Of a stretch of DNA of 64,000 nucleotides, positions 38,157-47,699 are shown in pieces. Each line of letters starts with the position of its first letter. Within the stretch, counting starts at the first letter, position 1. The notes under the pieces are model-generated. The model saw only the letters and a program-made list of their open reading frames with translations, had not been told where the DNA came from and searched no databases. The DNA is from Opitutales bacterium (GTDB lineage: Bacteria; Verrucomicrobiota; Verrucomicrobiia; Opitutales; PNEW01), in NCBI GenBank assembly GCA_965197745.1, contig CBDANS010000006.1:1280001-1344000 (forward strand), written 5' to 3'. The translations under genes were made by a program, and so were the position numbers.

Positions 38157-39806
38157 ATGAAGCAGCTATCATTGAATGGGCTTAAAACGGTTTTATGGCC
38201 GGTATCGGTCTTTATCCTCTCCGGATTTTTAAATCTCGCTTCATTCCCGCCGTGGAATATTGCTGAAGCGGCTTATCTGTTTGTTATCCCTTTTTTGATC
38301 TGGATTCATTTCAAGCCTGGGTTCAAGCCCTATGCAGTCACGGCGCTGCTTACCCAGATAGTCGTCTGGCTCATATTGATCTACTGGTTGCGACATGTAA
38401 CCTACTCGGGGACATTCCTTCTTGCTATTTATCTTGGAATATTTCCGGCCGTGTGGCTCATTACCGCATGGTGGGTTCTCCCCCGGATATTTGATCGACC
38501 GTTTTGGCTGCGCTTGACAGGAATTGCCGGGCTCTCCGCGTTTTGGGTATTACTGGAGTTCTCGCGTGTTTTTCTCTTCTCAGGGTTTCCCTGGTTACCC
38601 CTCGCCGCGAGTCAGTGGAACCGTCCGGCCATCCTGCAGATCATTGCATATACCGGTTTCTATGGACTCTCTTTCCTCCTTATTTTTTTGAATCAAGGGA
38701 TTGCTTTTTATTTACGCCATCTTCTTTTAAAAAGCCAGCGCAGCCGAACCTGGTATGAGCGCCTCTGTCCGGAGTTCTATCTCTCCCTGGCTCTGCTCTT
38801 TGCCGCTGTCAGTGGAATTATATGGGCGGGAACATTTACCCAGGAGCAAAAAAATATATTCCGCGCCGCGGTGGTACAACCTTATATTGAACCGTCGGTA
38901 AAATGGAACAGTGATCAAGCGCACGCCATTCTCGATCTCTTAGAAAAGCAGACACTATTTCTTAAGCCTCTGGATGCGGATATTATTTTATGGCCTGAAT
39001 CGGTCACTCCCTGGCCGGTCATCGGAGATAATAACATGCGTCTCTGGATCCAAGACAGAGTGAGAGAGTCCGGTATTCCATTACTCATGGGCAATATGGC
39101 GCGCGATGATAATTTGAACTGGTATAATACCGTGAATGCCGTTGATCCCCGGGCTGGCCTGGTCTTTCCTTATTATGCAAAACGTAAACTCGTCCCGTTC
39201 GGGGAATATGTGCCCTTCGAACATATACTTCCCTTCGTCGATAAAGTGATCCCGCTCGATGGTGACTTTATCCCGGGGAACAGACAACAATTAATTCCTG
39301 TCACTGTTGCTGAGAAGAGCTACCGGGTGGGACCACTCGTATGTTATGAGGATATTTTTCCAGAACTTGCGCGCGAATTGACACTTCATGGAGCTGATTT
39401 TCTATACGTCGCTACTAACAATGCCTGGTATGGAGAGGAGAGTGGGGCTTATCAGCATGCCGCGCATTCCGTATTGCGCGCGGTGGAAACACGCCGACCT
39501 GTGCTTCGATGCGGCAATGCCGGCTGGAGCGGATGGATCGATGAATATGGAAATGTGCGTCACGTTCTAAACGATCGTAAGGGAAGTATATATTTTCGAG
39601 GCGGGACCGTTATGGATGTGAGCCGTGATCGACAGTGGATACAACGGCATAGCGTTTACGTTCAATATGGTGATTGGTTTGTCGGACTCTCACTTATCTT
39701 ATGTATCTGGGGTTTCATTGCGATTCGTTATCTCGATATCCCATTGCTTCCCATCACCCAGGCGAGTGATTTTCGTAGTCGGCGAGATCGTATATTTGGG
39801 CGATAA
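38157..39806 (+). CDS. lnt: Apolipoprotein N-acyltransferase
   Basis: TM N-terminus with GFPW; nitrilase triad WPES, KRKLVPFGEY, VCYE; NNAWYG; RAVE. Confidence 0.93.
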   Translation: MKQLSLNGLKTVLWPVSVFILSGFLNLASFPPWNIAEAAYLFVIPFLIWIHFKPGFKPYAVTALLTQIVVWLILIYWLRHVTYSGTFLLAIYLGIFPAVWLITAWWVLPRIFDRPFWLRLTGIAGLSAFWVLLEFSRVFLFSGFPWLPLAASQWNRPAILQIIAYTGFYGLSFLLIFLNQGIAFYLRHLLLKSQRSRTWYERLCPEFYLSLALLFAAVSGIIWAGTFTQEQKNIFRAAVVQPYIEPSVKWNSDQAHAILDLLEKQTLFLKPLDADIILWPESVTPWPVIGDNNMRLWIQDRVRESGIPLLMGNMARDDNLNWYNTVNAVDPRAGLVFPYYAKRKLVPFGEYVPFEHILPFVDKVIPLDGDFIPGNRQQLIPVTVAEKSYRVGPLVCYEDIFPELARELTLHGADFLYVATNNAWYGEESGAYQHAAHSVLRAVETRRPVLRCGNAGWSGWIDEYGNVRHVLNDRKGSIYFRGGTVMDVSRDRQWIQRHSVYVQYGDWFVGLSLILCIWGFIAIRYLDIPLLPITQASDFRSRRDRIFGR

Positions 39807-39975
39807 AATAGAGTTGTGGTGGAGTGCTCCCCTCTTTCGCCGTAGGAGTCGGGTAGCCAGCTCTACTTTTCGGCTTTTTTACTTAACGATTTGTGATTGC
39901 GAGATCGATGAAGAACGGTGTTGCCGAAATTATACTCAGAGTTTAGTCCTTATCCTCATAACCGCTACTAGAATT

Positions 39976-40950
39976 ATGAATGAGGAAAATATTACTACTG
40001 CCGATCGCCTGCGCGGAATGATCTGGGGTCAATTCGTCGGTGACGCCGCTGCGCTGGGGAGTCATTGGATTTACAATTTGAGTGAATTAGAATCAATTTA
40101 CCCCGATGGTGTTCATGGTTTTGAAGTCCCGAAGGCGGGGCATTATCACGAAGGGAAAACAGCCGGGGACTTTACCCATTACGGTGATGCCGCTTTGCTC
40201 CTTTTGCAGTCCGTTGCGGCATGCGGCAACTTTGACGTAGTCCATTTTGGGCATCGATTTATGGAAATCATGGCACCCGGTGTATACAAAGGGTACATCG
40301 ATCACGCCACGCGTGGGACGATAGAAAATAAACAGAATTTTGAAAGCACGAACCCGGGGAAAGGTTTTGATTATCAACAGGGGGCTGATGATGATCAACT
40401 GGCAACCGCCTCATCTCTCGCACCCGTCATTGCTGCTCATTTTCGTGATGAAGCCCTTATGGTTATCGTTGACAAGGCAACGCGAGTGCGCCAGAATAAC
40501 AATCGGGCCGTTGCCTACATGCAAATGCACGCGCGTATTCTGCTCGAACTAATTGAGGGGCGTGATGTCCACAGTGCGCTTCATCGTGTTGAGGAACACG
40601 CCGCTAAAAACACTGAATTCGGTGTCGAGTTAAAGAGAAAATTACTGAGCGCTTTCAACGCTTTGTCAAAAAGTGTTCAAGACGCTACTTTGGAACTCGG
40701 CCAATCCTGTCCCCTCATCAGCAGTTTCCCCTCCGCCTTACACAGTCTTCTTAAAGAGTCGGAATCATTTAAGGAGAGTATCCTCGCAATTTTGCGTGCC
40801 GGCGGGGACAACGCGGGCCGTGCCGCTATGGCCGGGGCCTGGCTGGGAGCGCACCTCGGGGTTAAGGCAATCCCTGAAAACTGGTGCAGGCAGCTCAAGT
40901 ATTATGATCCTATTCATGAGTATGTAGAAAAAATTATAGCAGCCGCTTAG
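39976..40950 (+). CDS. ADP-ribosylglycohydrolase family protein
   Basis: G.FVGDAAALGSHW, GDFTHYGD, AGGDNAGR, GAHLG..AIP..W. ATG 39976 preferred over the long extension in the track. Confidence 0.85.
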   Translation: MNEENITTADRLRGMIWGQFVGDAAALGSHWIYNLSELESIYPDGVHGFEVPKAGHYHEGKTAGDFTHYGDAALLLLQSVAACGNFDVVHFGHRFMEIMAPGVYKGYIDHATRGTIENKQNFESTNPGKGFDYQQGADDDQLATASSLAPVIAAHFRDEALMVIVDKATRVRQNNNRAVAYMQMHARILLELIEGRDVHSALHRVEEHAAKNTEFGVELKRKLLSAFNALSKSVQDATLELGQSCPLISSFPSALHSLLKESESFKESILAILRAGGDNAGRAAMAGAWLGAHLGVKAIPENWCRQLKYYDPIHEYVEKIIAAA

Positions 40951-41194
40951 TTTTTTACCCGCTCACGGGTGCTTTAGACTGCGTTCGTCTTACCTCCAGT
41001 CACCTCTCCGGAAATCATTTCGGATTATTTTTTAAAGTATTTTCATCCCAAGCTGGACAAGCTCAATCACGTAACACAATGTTGCTCATTGACCCCTTCC
41101 TGGAATGATTAATTGCCGATTATTTATTTTATCTCCCTTCTCAATCGGTGTCACTTTTTCATCCCCCTGCGAATCAAAGATGCGGGGCTTCATC

Positions 41195-41223
41195 TTGACA
41201 TTATTGATAGATTTTGAATGATT
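41195..41223 (+). promoter_or_regulatory. Putative sigma-70 promoter of the BMC operon
   Basis: TTGACA at 41195-41200 followed after 16-17 nt by a weak -10 (AATGAT/ATGATT); a further TATAAT at 41253-41258. Confidence 0.45.
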
Positions 41224-41261
41224 TCTTTCATATTCATCCGCATATTTGGTAATATAATAAC

Positions 41262-41942
41262 ATGACGACGCAAATTAAGGCGGACACACCCCGTTCTGCG
41301 GTAGAGCACATCGTTCGAGAGAGTGTATATCGTCATTTGGGGCTGGAAATTCCCCATGCGGGACAGGCCCCTAACCCCCTGGTCGTAAATGTCAGTGCGC
41401 GGCACTGTCACTTGACACCGGAAGCAGTGGAAGCCCTGTTTGGCACGGGGCATGAATTGACACCGATGAAGTGGTTGTATCAGGACGGTTACTATGCGGC
41501 AGAGGAGACCGTCACCCTAGTTGGGCCGCGCAGCCGGGTAATTTCAAACTTACGCATTCTCGGCCCCTGCCGACCGATAAACCAGGTCGAGCTGGCGTAT
41601 ACCGACGCCATTGCCCTGGGCTTCGAGATTCCGGTGCGTCTATCCGGAAATATTGAAGGAACACCCGGTTGCATGCTGATGGGCCCGAACGGTTTTTTTG
41701 AGATGGCAGAGGGGGTGATACGCGCGGCACCCCATGTGCACATGGGGCCAATCGATACTGATTATTACGGGGTGCAAGATGGTGATGTGATGAAGCTCCG
41801 AGTAGGTGGACCCGTAGGTATAATATTTGATAGAATTGTCGTCCGAGCGTCACCGGACGTAAAACTGGAAGTACATATTGACACTGATGAAGGCAATGCT
41901 TGCAGTTTGAAACCAGAAACTCCCTGTGAGTTGATGAAGTAA
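41262..41942 (+). CDS. pduL: PduL-type phosphotransacylase with an N-terminal encapsulation peptide
   Basis: VSARHCHL, RILGPCR..QVEL, PVRLSG, HVHM, HIDTDEGNA; helix RSAVEHIVRESVYRHLG. Confidence 0.92.
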   Translation: MTTQIKADTPRSAVEHIVRESVYRHLGLEIPHAGQAPNPLVVNVSARHCHLTPEAVEALFGTGHELTPMKWLYQDGYYAAEETVTLVGPRSRVISNLRILGPCRPINQVELAYTDAIALGFEIPVRLSGNIEGTPGCMLMGPNGFFEMAEGVIRAAPHVHMGPIDTDYYGVQDGDVMKLRVGGPVGIIFDRIVVRASPDVKLEVHIDTDEGNACSLKPETPCELMK

Positions 41943-42000
41943 AATTTTGGAAAATGTTCAAAGAACTCAATTATATAGCAAAACGAAAGAAAGAAAAATC

Positions 42001-42270
42001 ATGAGCGATTCGTTAGGTATGGTAGAGACCAATGGTTATGTTGGCAGTGTAGAAGCCAGTGATGCCATGGTCAAAGCGGCGAGTGTCAATCTCGTCAAGC
42101 AAGTGCAAATCGGTGGAGGATTTGTTACGGTGTTCGTCAAGGGTGATGTGGGAAGTGTGAAAGCCGCAGTAGAAGCGGGGTCCGAAGCTGCTGATAAAGT
42201 GGGTGAGCTGTTGTGCTCGCACGTTGTCCCCAGACCGCATCAGGATTTAATGAAGCAGTTTGATATTTAA
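42001..42270 (+). CDS. BMC-H shell hexamer protein
   Basis: SLGMVET..DAMVKAASV..GGG..GDVGSVKAAVEAG..VPRPH; ATG 42001. Confidence 0.93.
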   Translation: MSDSLGMVETNGYVGSVEASDAMVKAASVNLVKQVQIGGGFVTVFVKGDVGSVKAAVEAGSEAADKVGELLCSHVVPRPHQDLMKQFDI

Positions 42271-42300
42271 ATAAGGAAAATAAAATAAACGGATAATAAA

Positions 42301-42576
42301 ATGGCACAAGAAGCGATAGGCATGATTGAAACAAAGGGGCTGTGCGCCCTGATTGAGGCGAGTGATGCAGCGCTCAAATCTGCGGATGTATCAATGTCAG
42401 GGTGGGAGAAAGTCGGTAGCGGCTTAGTCACCATCTTTTTCAAAGGAGACGTCGCCGCGGTGAAAGCGGCAACCGATGCGGGCGCGGAAGCCGCGGCACA
42501 TATCGGTGAAGTAATCGGGGTACATGTTATCCCTCGTCCACACGAAGAATTATCACAGCTCGGCAAATGGGTCTAG
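42301..42576 (+). CDS. BMC-H shell hexamer protein
   Basis: [35 protein letters not shown]. Confidence 0.93.
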   Translation: MAQEAIGMIETKGLCALIEASDAALKSADVSMSGWEKVGSGLVTIFFKGDVAAVKAATDAGAEAAAHIGEVIGVHVIPRPHEELSQLGKWV

Positions 42577-42602
42577 CGCTGTTGCGATAAGCGTCTGCGT
42601 TA

Positions 42603-43781
42603 GTGAAAATTCTCGTCGCCAACCTGGGTTCTACCTCTCTCAAATACCGTCTTTTTTCGATGGAGGACGGGAGCGAAACGCTATTAGCAAAAGGAGGTTT
42701 TGAACGCGTAACCGATCACGGTGCCGCTATCGATAAATGCTTGGAAAATTTAAAGGAGGAGGGCCATCTTGTTTCCGGAGATGATCTCGATGCGGTAGGT
42801 TTTAAAACGATCCTGGGTAAAAATCTTACCGGTTGTGTCCCGGCGGATGATCAAACTCTTGAAGCCCTGGAAGCGTTTAATGATATCGCGCCTTCTCACA
42901 ACCCTGCCTACGCAAACGGGATACGCCAGTTTCGTGCAAAGCTCAATAAAGTGAAACTCGTGGCTCTTTTTGAAACCGCATTCTACCAATGGGTTCCCGC
43001 GGCGGCAACGCGCTACGCCGTGCCTGAGGCCTGGCATGAGGCGGGGGTAAGACGTAATGGTTTTCATGGGGCCAGTCATAAGTTCATTGCCGAGCGCTCT
43101 GCAGAACTGCTTTCACGTGACGATATAGCCGAGCGCTGCCGCAATCTTTATCTTCATGGACCGACGCCTTTCGAGGGACAACCCTTGAGGGTAATATCTT
43201 GCCATCTCGGAGGAAGCAGCTCCATTGCCGGTTGTCGCAACGGGGTAGCGGTCGACGGCAGTTTTGGCATGAGTCCGCAAAGCGGGCTCCCGCACAACAA
43301 TCGGGTTGGTGATCTCGATGCTTCGGCTACTCCTTTCATCATGAAAGCGCTCAATCTTTCCATAGACGAAGTCCAAGAGCAATTGGTACGGGAAAGCGGT
43401 CTCCTCGGCCTGTCCGGGGTAAGTAATGATTTGCGCGACATTCGCGAAAAAGCGGCTGCAGGCAATACCCAGGCCCAACTGGCAATTGATGTTTTAATTC
43501 ATTGTATCCGTCACTGGATAGGCGCTTTTTTTGTGCAGCTTAATGGCTGCGACGCCCTCGTATTTACGGGGGGGATAGGTGAAAACAATCCTTTTATCCG
43601 AGAGGCGGTGTGCGCCAACCTCGACAATCTCGGAATTGAGATTAATCCCGATTTAAATAACGCGACACTGGCTGAAGAAAATTTAATCAGCTCGGAGCAA
43701 TCCAGGGTAAAAGTATTCGTGATCCCCGCTAACGAAGAGCTAGTGGTCGCCCGTGAAACGTGTCGTTTAATCGCTTCTTAA
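42603..43781 (+). CDS. ackA: Acetate/propionate kinase (BMC-associated)
   Basis: ANLGSTSLKY, APSHN, FETAF, GFHGASH, CHLGGSS, FTGGIGEN, ANEE. Confidence 0.92.
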   Translation: MKILVANLGSTSLKYRLFSMEDGSETLLAKGGFERVTDHGAAIDKCLENLKEEGHLVSGDDLDAVGFKTILGKNLTGCVPADDQTLEALEAFNDIAPSHNPAYANGIRQFRAKLNKVKLVALFETAFYQWVPAAATRYAVPEAWHEAGVRRNGFHGASHKFIAERSAELLSRDDIAERCRNLYLHGPTPFEGQPLRVISCHLGGSSSIAGCRNGVAVDGSFGMSPQSGLPHNNRVGDLDASATPFIMKALNLSIDEVQEQLVRESGLLGLSGVSNDLRDIREKAAAGNTQAQLAIDVLIHCIRHWIGAFFVQLNGCDALVFTGGIGENNPFIREAVCANLDNLGIEINPDLNNATLAEENLISSEQSRVKVFVIPANEELVVARETCRLIAS

Positions 43782-43817
43782 GTATATTTAACCTGAAAAT
43801 CTAACTCCAAATAAAAA

Positions 43818-44114
43818 ATGTCACAAAAAGCAATAGGTCTCCTCGAAACCCGCGGTCTTATCGGTCTGGTGCAAGGCACCGACGCGATGTTGAAAGCCGC
43901 TAATGTCCAACTGGTCGGTCCCATGAAGCAGGTTGGCAGCGCCCTTTGCAGCGCTGTCGTTACTGGTGATGTGGCCGCGGTGAAAGCCGCGACTGAAGCG
44001 GGAGCAAAAGCTGCCGAAGAAGTCGGGGAAGTCGTCAGCGTGCAGGTGATTCCTCGCCCGCATGAAGATATCAATTCCGTAATGCCAAAATCTAATTCAG
44101 GTAAAGGCTCGTAG
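43818..44114 (+). CDS. BMC-H shell hexamer protein
   Basis: [32 protein letters not shown]. Confidence 0.93.
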   Translation: MSQKAIGLLETRGLIGLVQGTDAMLKAANVQLVGPMKQVGSALCSAVVTGDVAAVKAATEAGAKAAEEVGEVVSVQVIPRPHEDINSVMPKSNSGKGS

Positions 44115-44132
44115 TAATACGGGAGTTCAAGC

Positions 44133-44444
44133 ATGTTTCTGGCAAAGGTAATCGGGGCGGTTGTCGCCACAAAAAAAGAAGACACAATGAAGGGCAGGAA
44201 ACTGCTTCTTCTGTGCCCTATGCTGGTGGATGAAGCCAACCCGAAACGGTTACGTCCCGGAGTGAATACCATTGTTGCCGTCGATAATCTAGGTGCGGGT
44301 GAAGGTGAAATGGTTCTCTTTTGCCAGGGGAGTTCCGCCCGCCTGGGCACCGGTTTGAAATCGCTGCCTATCGATGCCGCGGTTGTCGGGATAGTCGACA
44401 CTGTCGACGTGCAGGGAAATAAAATCTACACCGCCAGCGACTGA
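44133..44444 (+). CDS. BMC-P shell pentamer (EutN/CcmL family)
   Basis: MFLAKVIGAVVATKK, VAVDNLGAGEGE, GSSAR, PIDAAVVGIVD. Confidence 0.93.
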   Translation: MFLAKVIGAVVATKKEDTMKGRKLLLLCPMLVDEANPKRLRPGVNTIVAVDNLGAGEGEMVLFCQGSSARLGTGLKSLPIDAAVVGIVDTVDVQGNKIYTASD

Positions 44445-44496
44445 TTTTACTCAATTAAATAGTGGAATAAAAGGTCAATGACCAAGGGGATGAAAA

Positions 44497-45984
44497 ATGA
44501 GTACGCAAATTGATATTGATGACGGTACCGTTCGGCATGTTGTCGAAGAAGTGTTGAAACGGCTTGGTCAAACGCCGGAATCCACGACATTTTCCGGGGT
44601 TGAAACTGCTTCGGGTTCCAAATGGACAGCGCCGCACCGCCGTTCTACAAAACGCAGGCATGGGGTATTTGAGGATGCCGATGAAGCCTGTGAAGCAGCA
44701 CAGGATGCATTTCTTCAGCTTCGGGATCAGGGGCTCGCGGCTCGGATGAAGGTGGTCGAAATCGTCAAAAGCCTGTGTGATAAAAATGCCAATTCGTGGG
44801 GAAAACTGGAAATGGATGAGACGCGAATTGGCAGACTCGACCACAAGATTGAGAAGCTCCAGATTGTGAAATTAACGCCGGGCGTAGAGTGGTTGCATCC
44901 CGATGCGATGAGTGGAGACCACGGGATCATGTTGGAGGAACATACCCCCTTTGGCGTTATCGGTGGCGTGACGCCGGTCACTCATTCCGTGCCAACTTTA
45001 AGCAGTAATGTTGTCAGCATCGTCTCCGCAGGTAATGCCGTGGTCTTTAATCCTCATCCCGGTGGAGCGCGTTGCGCGGCAACGGCGGTACGCGCTTTTA
45101 ATGAAGCTATTAACCGGGAAATAGGGATAGATAATCTAATATGCGCGGTGGAACATCCGACACTGGAATCATTTGATGCGATCAGTAAAAATGATCTCGT
45201 GCGACTTCTGGTTGTGACCGGAGGACCGGGGGTAGTGAACGCCGCGATGAAAAGCGGGAAACGCTCAGTCTGTGCCGGCCCGGGCAACCCTCCTGTCCTC
45301 GTCGATGAGACCGCCGGTTTGGATAAAGCGGCGCGCGATATAATATACGGTGCTGCCTACGATAACAACTTGCTTTGCATTGGCGAGAAGGAAGTCTTTG
45401 TCGTCGACGCCGTATATCGTCAGTTCATTCAGGCATTTGAAAATGCCGGTGCGTATAAGCTGACGCAGGGTCAATTGGACCGGCTCGAAAAGGAAGTTTT
45501 TACTTATGAGGATGATGGGGGTGGTTGTTCCCATCCGGTATTAAATCGGGAAATGGTGGGAAAAGACGCTACGACATTGGCAGAGATTGCGGGGACAAGA
45601 GCTCCACGTGGGACAGAAATGATTTTTGCCGAGACCGATGCGGAGCACGCTTTTGTCGTTGAAGAACAGATGACCTCGATGATACCGGTGGTTAGGGTGC
45701 GTGATGTCGAAGAAGGTATTGCCTGCGCGGTTAACGCGGAACATGGATACAAGCATTCTTCGATCATTCACTCACGCCATGTTGATAATATGACCACCAT
45801 GGCGCGAGCACTGGATAGCACCCTCTTTGTTAAAAATGGCCCTTCGACTTCAGGCCTTGGTCTAGGCGGCGAAGGCTATCTTACTTACTCCATCGCAACC
45901 ACGACAGGCGAGGGCATCACGACGCCGGAGACTTTTACGCGCAAACGGCGCTGCGTAATGGTCGATAATCTAAGAATATATTAA
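44497..45984 (+). CDS. CoA-acylating aldehyde dehydrogenase (EutE/PduP-like) with an N-terminal encapsulation peptide
   Basis: PFGVIGGVTPVTH, VTGGPGVV, AGPGNPP, DNNLLCIGEKE, TTTGEG; helix DGTVRHVVEEVLKRLG. Confidence 0.92.
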   Translation: MSTQIDIDDGTVRHVVEEVLKRLGQTPESTTFSGVETASGSKWTAPHRRSTKRRHGVFEDADEACEAAQDAFLQLRDQGLAARMKVVEIVKSLCDKNANSWGKLEMDETRIGRLDHKIEKLQIVKLTPGVEWLHPDAMSGDHGIMLEEHTPFGVIGGVTPVTHSVPTLSSNVVSIVSAGNAVVFNPHPGGARCAATAVRAFNEAINREIGIDNLICAVEHPTLESFDAISKNDLVRLLVVTGGPGVVNAAMKSGKRSVCAGPGNPPVLVDETAGLDKAARDIIYGAAYDNNLLCIGEKEVFVVDAVYRQFIQAFENAGAYKLTQGQLDRLEKEVFTYEDDGGGCSHPVLNREMVGKDATTLAEIAGTRAPRGTEMIFAETDAEHAFVVEEQMTSMIPVVRVRDVEEGIACAVNAEHGYKHSSIIHSRHVDNMTTMARALDSTLFVKNGPSTSGLGLGGEGYLTYSIATTTGEGITTPETFTRKRRCVMVDNLRIY

Positions 45985-45986
45985 TT

Positions 45987-46259
45987 ATGGTTTTAGCACG
46001 TGTTGATGGTCGCGTTGTTTCGACTATTTGCCACCCAAGCATGAAGGGTTGGCGGGTCCTTATTTGTCAACCGCTCAATGAATCGGGTGAAGAGACAGAG
46101 GGTCCTATTCTGGCGATCGATCCTTATGGGGCCGATAAACACCAAAAAGTCATATTAGCGAGTGATGGATTTGCCACCCGGCAACGTGTCGAGGATGAAA
46201 AATCACCCTTGAGGTATATGGTAATTGGCGTGGTGGACGAGGCATCCAAAAAAGGGTGA
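45987..46259 (+). CDS. BMC-P shell pentamer (EutN/CcmL family)
   Basis: LARVDGRVVST, LAIDPYGA, SDG, VIGVVD. Confidence 0.88.
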   Translation: MVLARVDGRVVSTICHPSMKGWRVLICQPLNESGEETEGPILAIDPYGADKHQKVILASDGFATRQRVEDEKSPLRYMVIGVVDEASKKG

Positions 46260-46285
46260 TTGATATTTTATATGCGAAAAATGAA

Positions 46286-46582
46286 ATGAAACTGGGACAG
46301 GTTATTGGCAGATTAACATTGAGTGATCAGGAATCGTCGTACATAAGTGGACGTTTCCTCTTGGTCTTGCCCTTGTCGCGCGAGCAGATTGGAGGAGCGC
46401 CCCTGAAACCACTGCCAAAAGGCAATAGCATAGTCGTCTACGACAACCTGGGCGCGGGTGTAGAGGATATCGTCGCCTATGTAGAAGGGAGAGAAGCGAG
46501 CGTAACTTTTTCTGAACCGACACCGGTCGATGCCTTTAACTGTGCGATAATCGAAACTATGGATTATCACCCGCCCCAATAG
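46286..46582 (+). CDS. BMC-P shell pentamer (EutN/CcmL family)
   Basis: MKLGQVIGRLTLS, VYDNLGAG, EGREA, PVDAFNCAII; ATG 46286. Confidence 0.88.
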   Translation: MKLGQVIGRLTLSDQESSYISGRFLLVLPLSREQIGGAPLKPLPKGNSIVVYDNLGAGVEDIVAYVEGREASVTFSEPTPVDAFNCAIIETMDYHPPQ

Positions 46583-46594
46583 AAGATTTTGGGA

Positions 46595-47674
46595 ATGAAA
46601 AAAGTAATCAGTGCCAAAGAGATTGAAAGAATACTGAAAGAAGGGGGAGATCCGAGCTCCTTGCCTGCTAATAGTATTCTCACACCATCTGCGCTTGATG
46701 TCATAAACAATTTTCAGCGGTCGGACAAAGACAGGAGTCAGACAGATTACCGTGAACCTTCTGTCCCCGACAATGAATTTAAATGGAGCCCCGAAAGCGA
46801 CCCGCAAACACCCGTTGCTATTCAGACATTTTTTAATTCTCCCGAGATCAATTTATTGAAAGAGAGAATATGCGAGATTGGCAGACGATTGAACCAGAAA
46901 GGTTTCGTCGATGGAAACGGCGGAAACATTACGGTCAGGGTGGGTGACAACCTCGTTTTATCTACGCCAACCCTTATAGCGAAAGGGTACATGAAACCCG
47001 CGGATATGTGCCTTGTTGATTTAAAGGGCAATCAAATTGCGGGAGAGCGGAAGCGTACGAGTGAAGTCACAACGCATATTGGAATAATGAAACATCAGCC
47101 GAAAGCAAAAGCTTGTGTCCATGCGCATCCACCCTATGCCACCGCCTTTGCCGTCGCCTCAGTTGAACCTCCGACTTGTATCATCCCCGAAGCGGAGATT
47201 TTTCTTGGTAAGATCGGGCTGGCTAATTATGAGACACCGGGAACTCCGGAAAATGCTGAAGTTATCGGACAGATGGCTGTCGATCATCAATCCATTATAA
47301 TGGGAAATCACGGCGTTATCACCTGGGGAACAGATGTCGAGGATGCTCATTGGAAAATGGAAAATACAGACATGTATTGTAAAACAATCTGGATTGCTTC
47401 CAGTTTAGGAAAGGAACTGAGTAATATAGGAGGGGCCAAACTGAAAGAACTCTTGGCTATCCGCAGTGACCTGGGTATGGATGATGCGCGCATCGGACTT
47501 CGCGAATGCGAGCTCTGCGATAACGATGAATTCCGTCCGGGGGTAATCTGTCGATCGTCTGAGAGTATTAAGAGCTGGGATAACAAAAGGTATTCTTCAC
47601 CTGAAGAAAACCCTCAGGTTGAAGCCCTTATTAAAAAGATTACAGACTTGATTCTCGAGAAGTTGAATAATTGA
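46595..47674 (+). CDS. Class II aldolase/adducin family (PVM signature aldolase) with a C-terminal encapsulation peptide
   Basis: GGNITVR, TSE..H, HAHPPYAT, GNHG; C-terminal VEALIKKITDLILEKL. Confidence 0.9.
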   Translation: MKKVISAKEIERILKEGGDPSSLPANSILTPSALDVINNFQRSDKDRSQTDYREPSVPDNEFKWSPESDPQTPVAIQTFFNSPEINLLKERICEIGRRLNQKGFVDGNGGNITVRVGDNLVLSTPTLIAKGYMKPADMCLVDLKGNQIAGERKRTSEVTTHIGIMKHQPKAKACVHAHPPYATAFAVASVEPPTCIIPEAEIFLGKIGLANYETPGTPENAEVIGQMAVDHQSIIMGNHGVITWGTDVEDAHWKMENTDMYCKTIWIASSLGKELSNIGGAKLKELLAIRSDLGMDDARIGLRECELCDNDEFRPGVICRSSESIKSWDNKRYSSPEENPQVEALIKKITDLILEKLNN

Positions 47675-47699
47675 ACCCAATAAAAAAGAAACACCTTTT

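Noticed and set aside
39625..39975. N-terminal extension of the ADP-ribosylglycohydrolase ORF
   Set aside because: It overlaps lnt, and family similarity begins only after ATG 39976.
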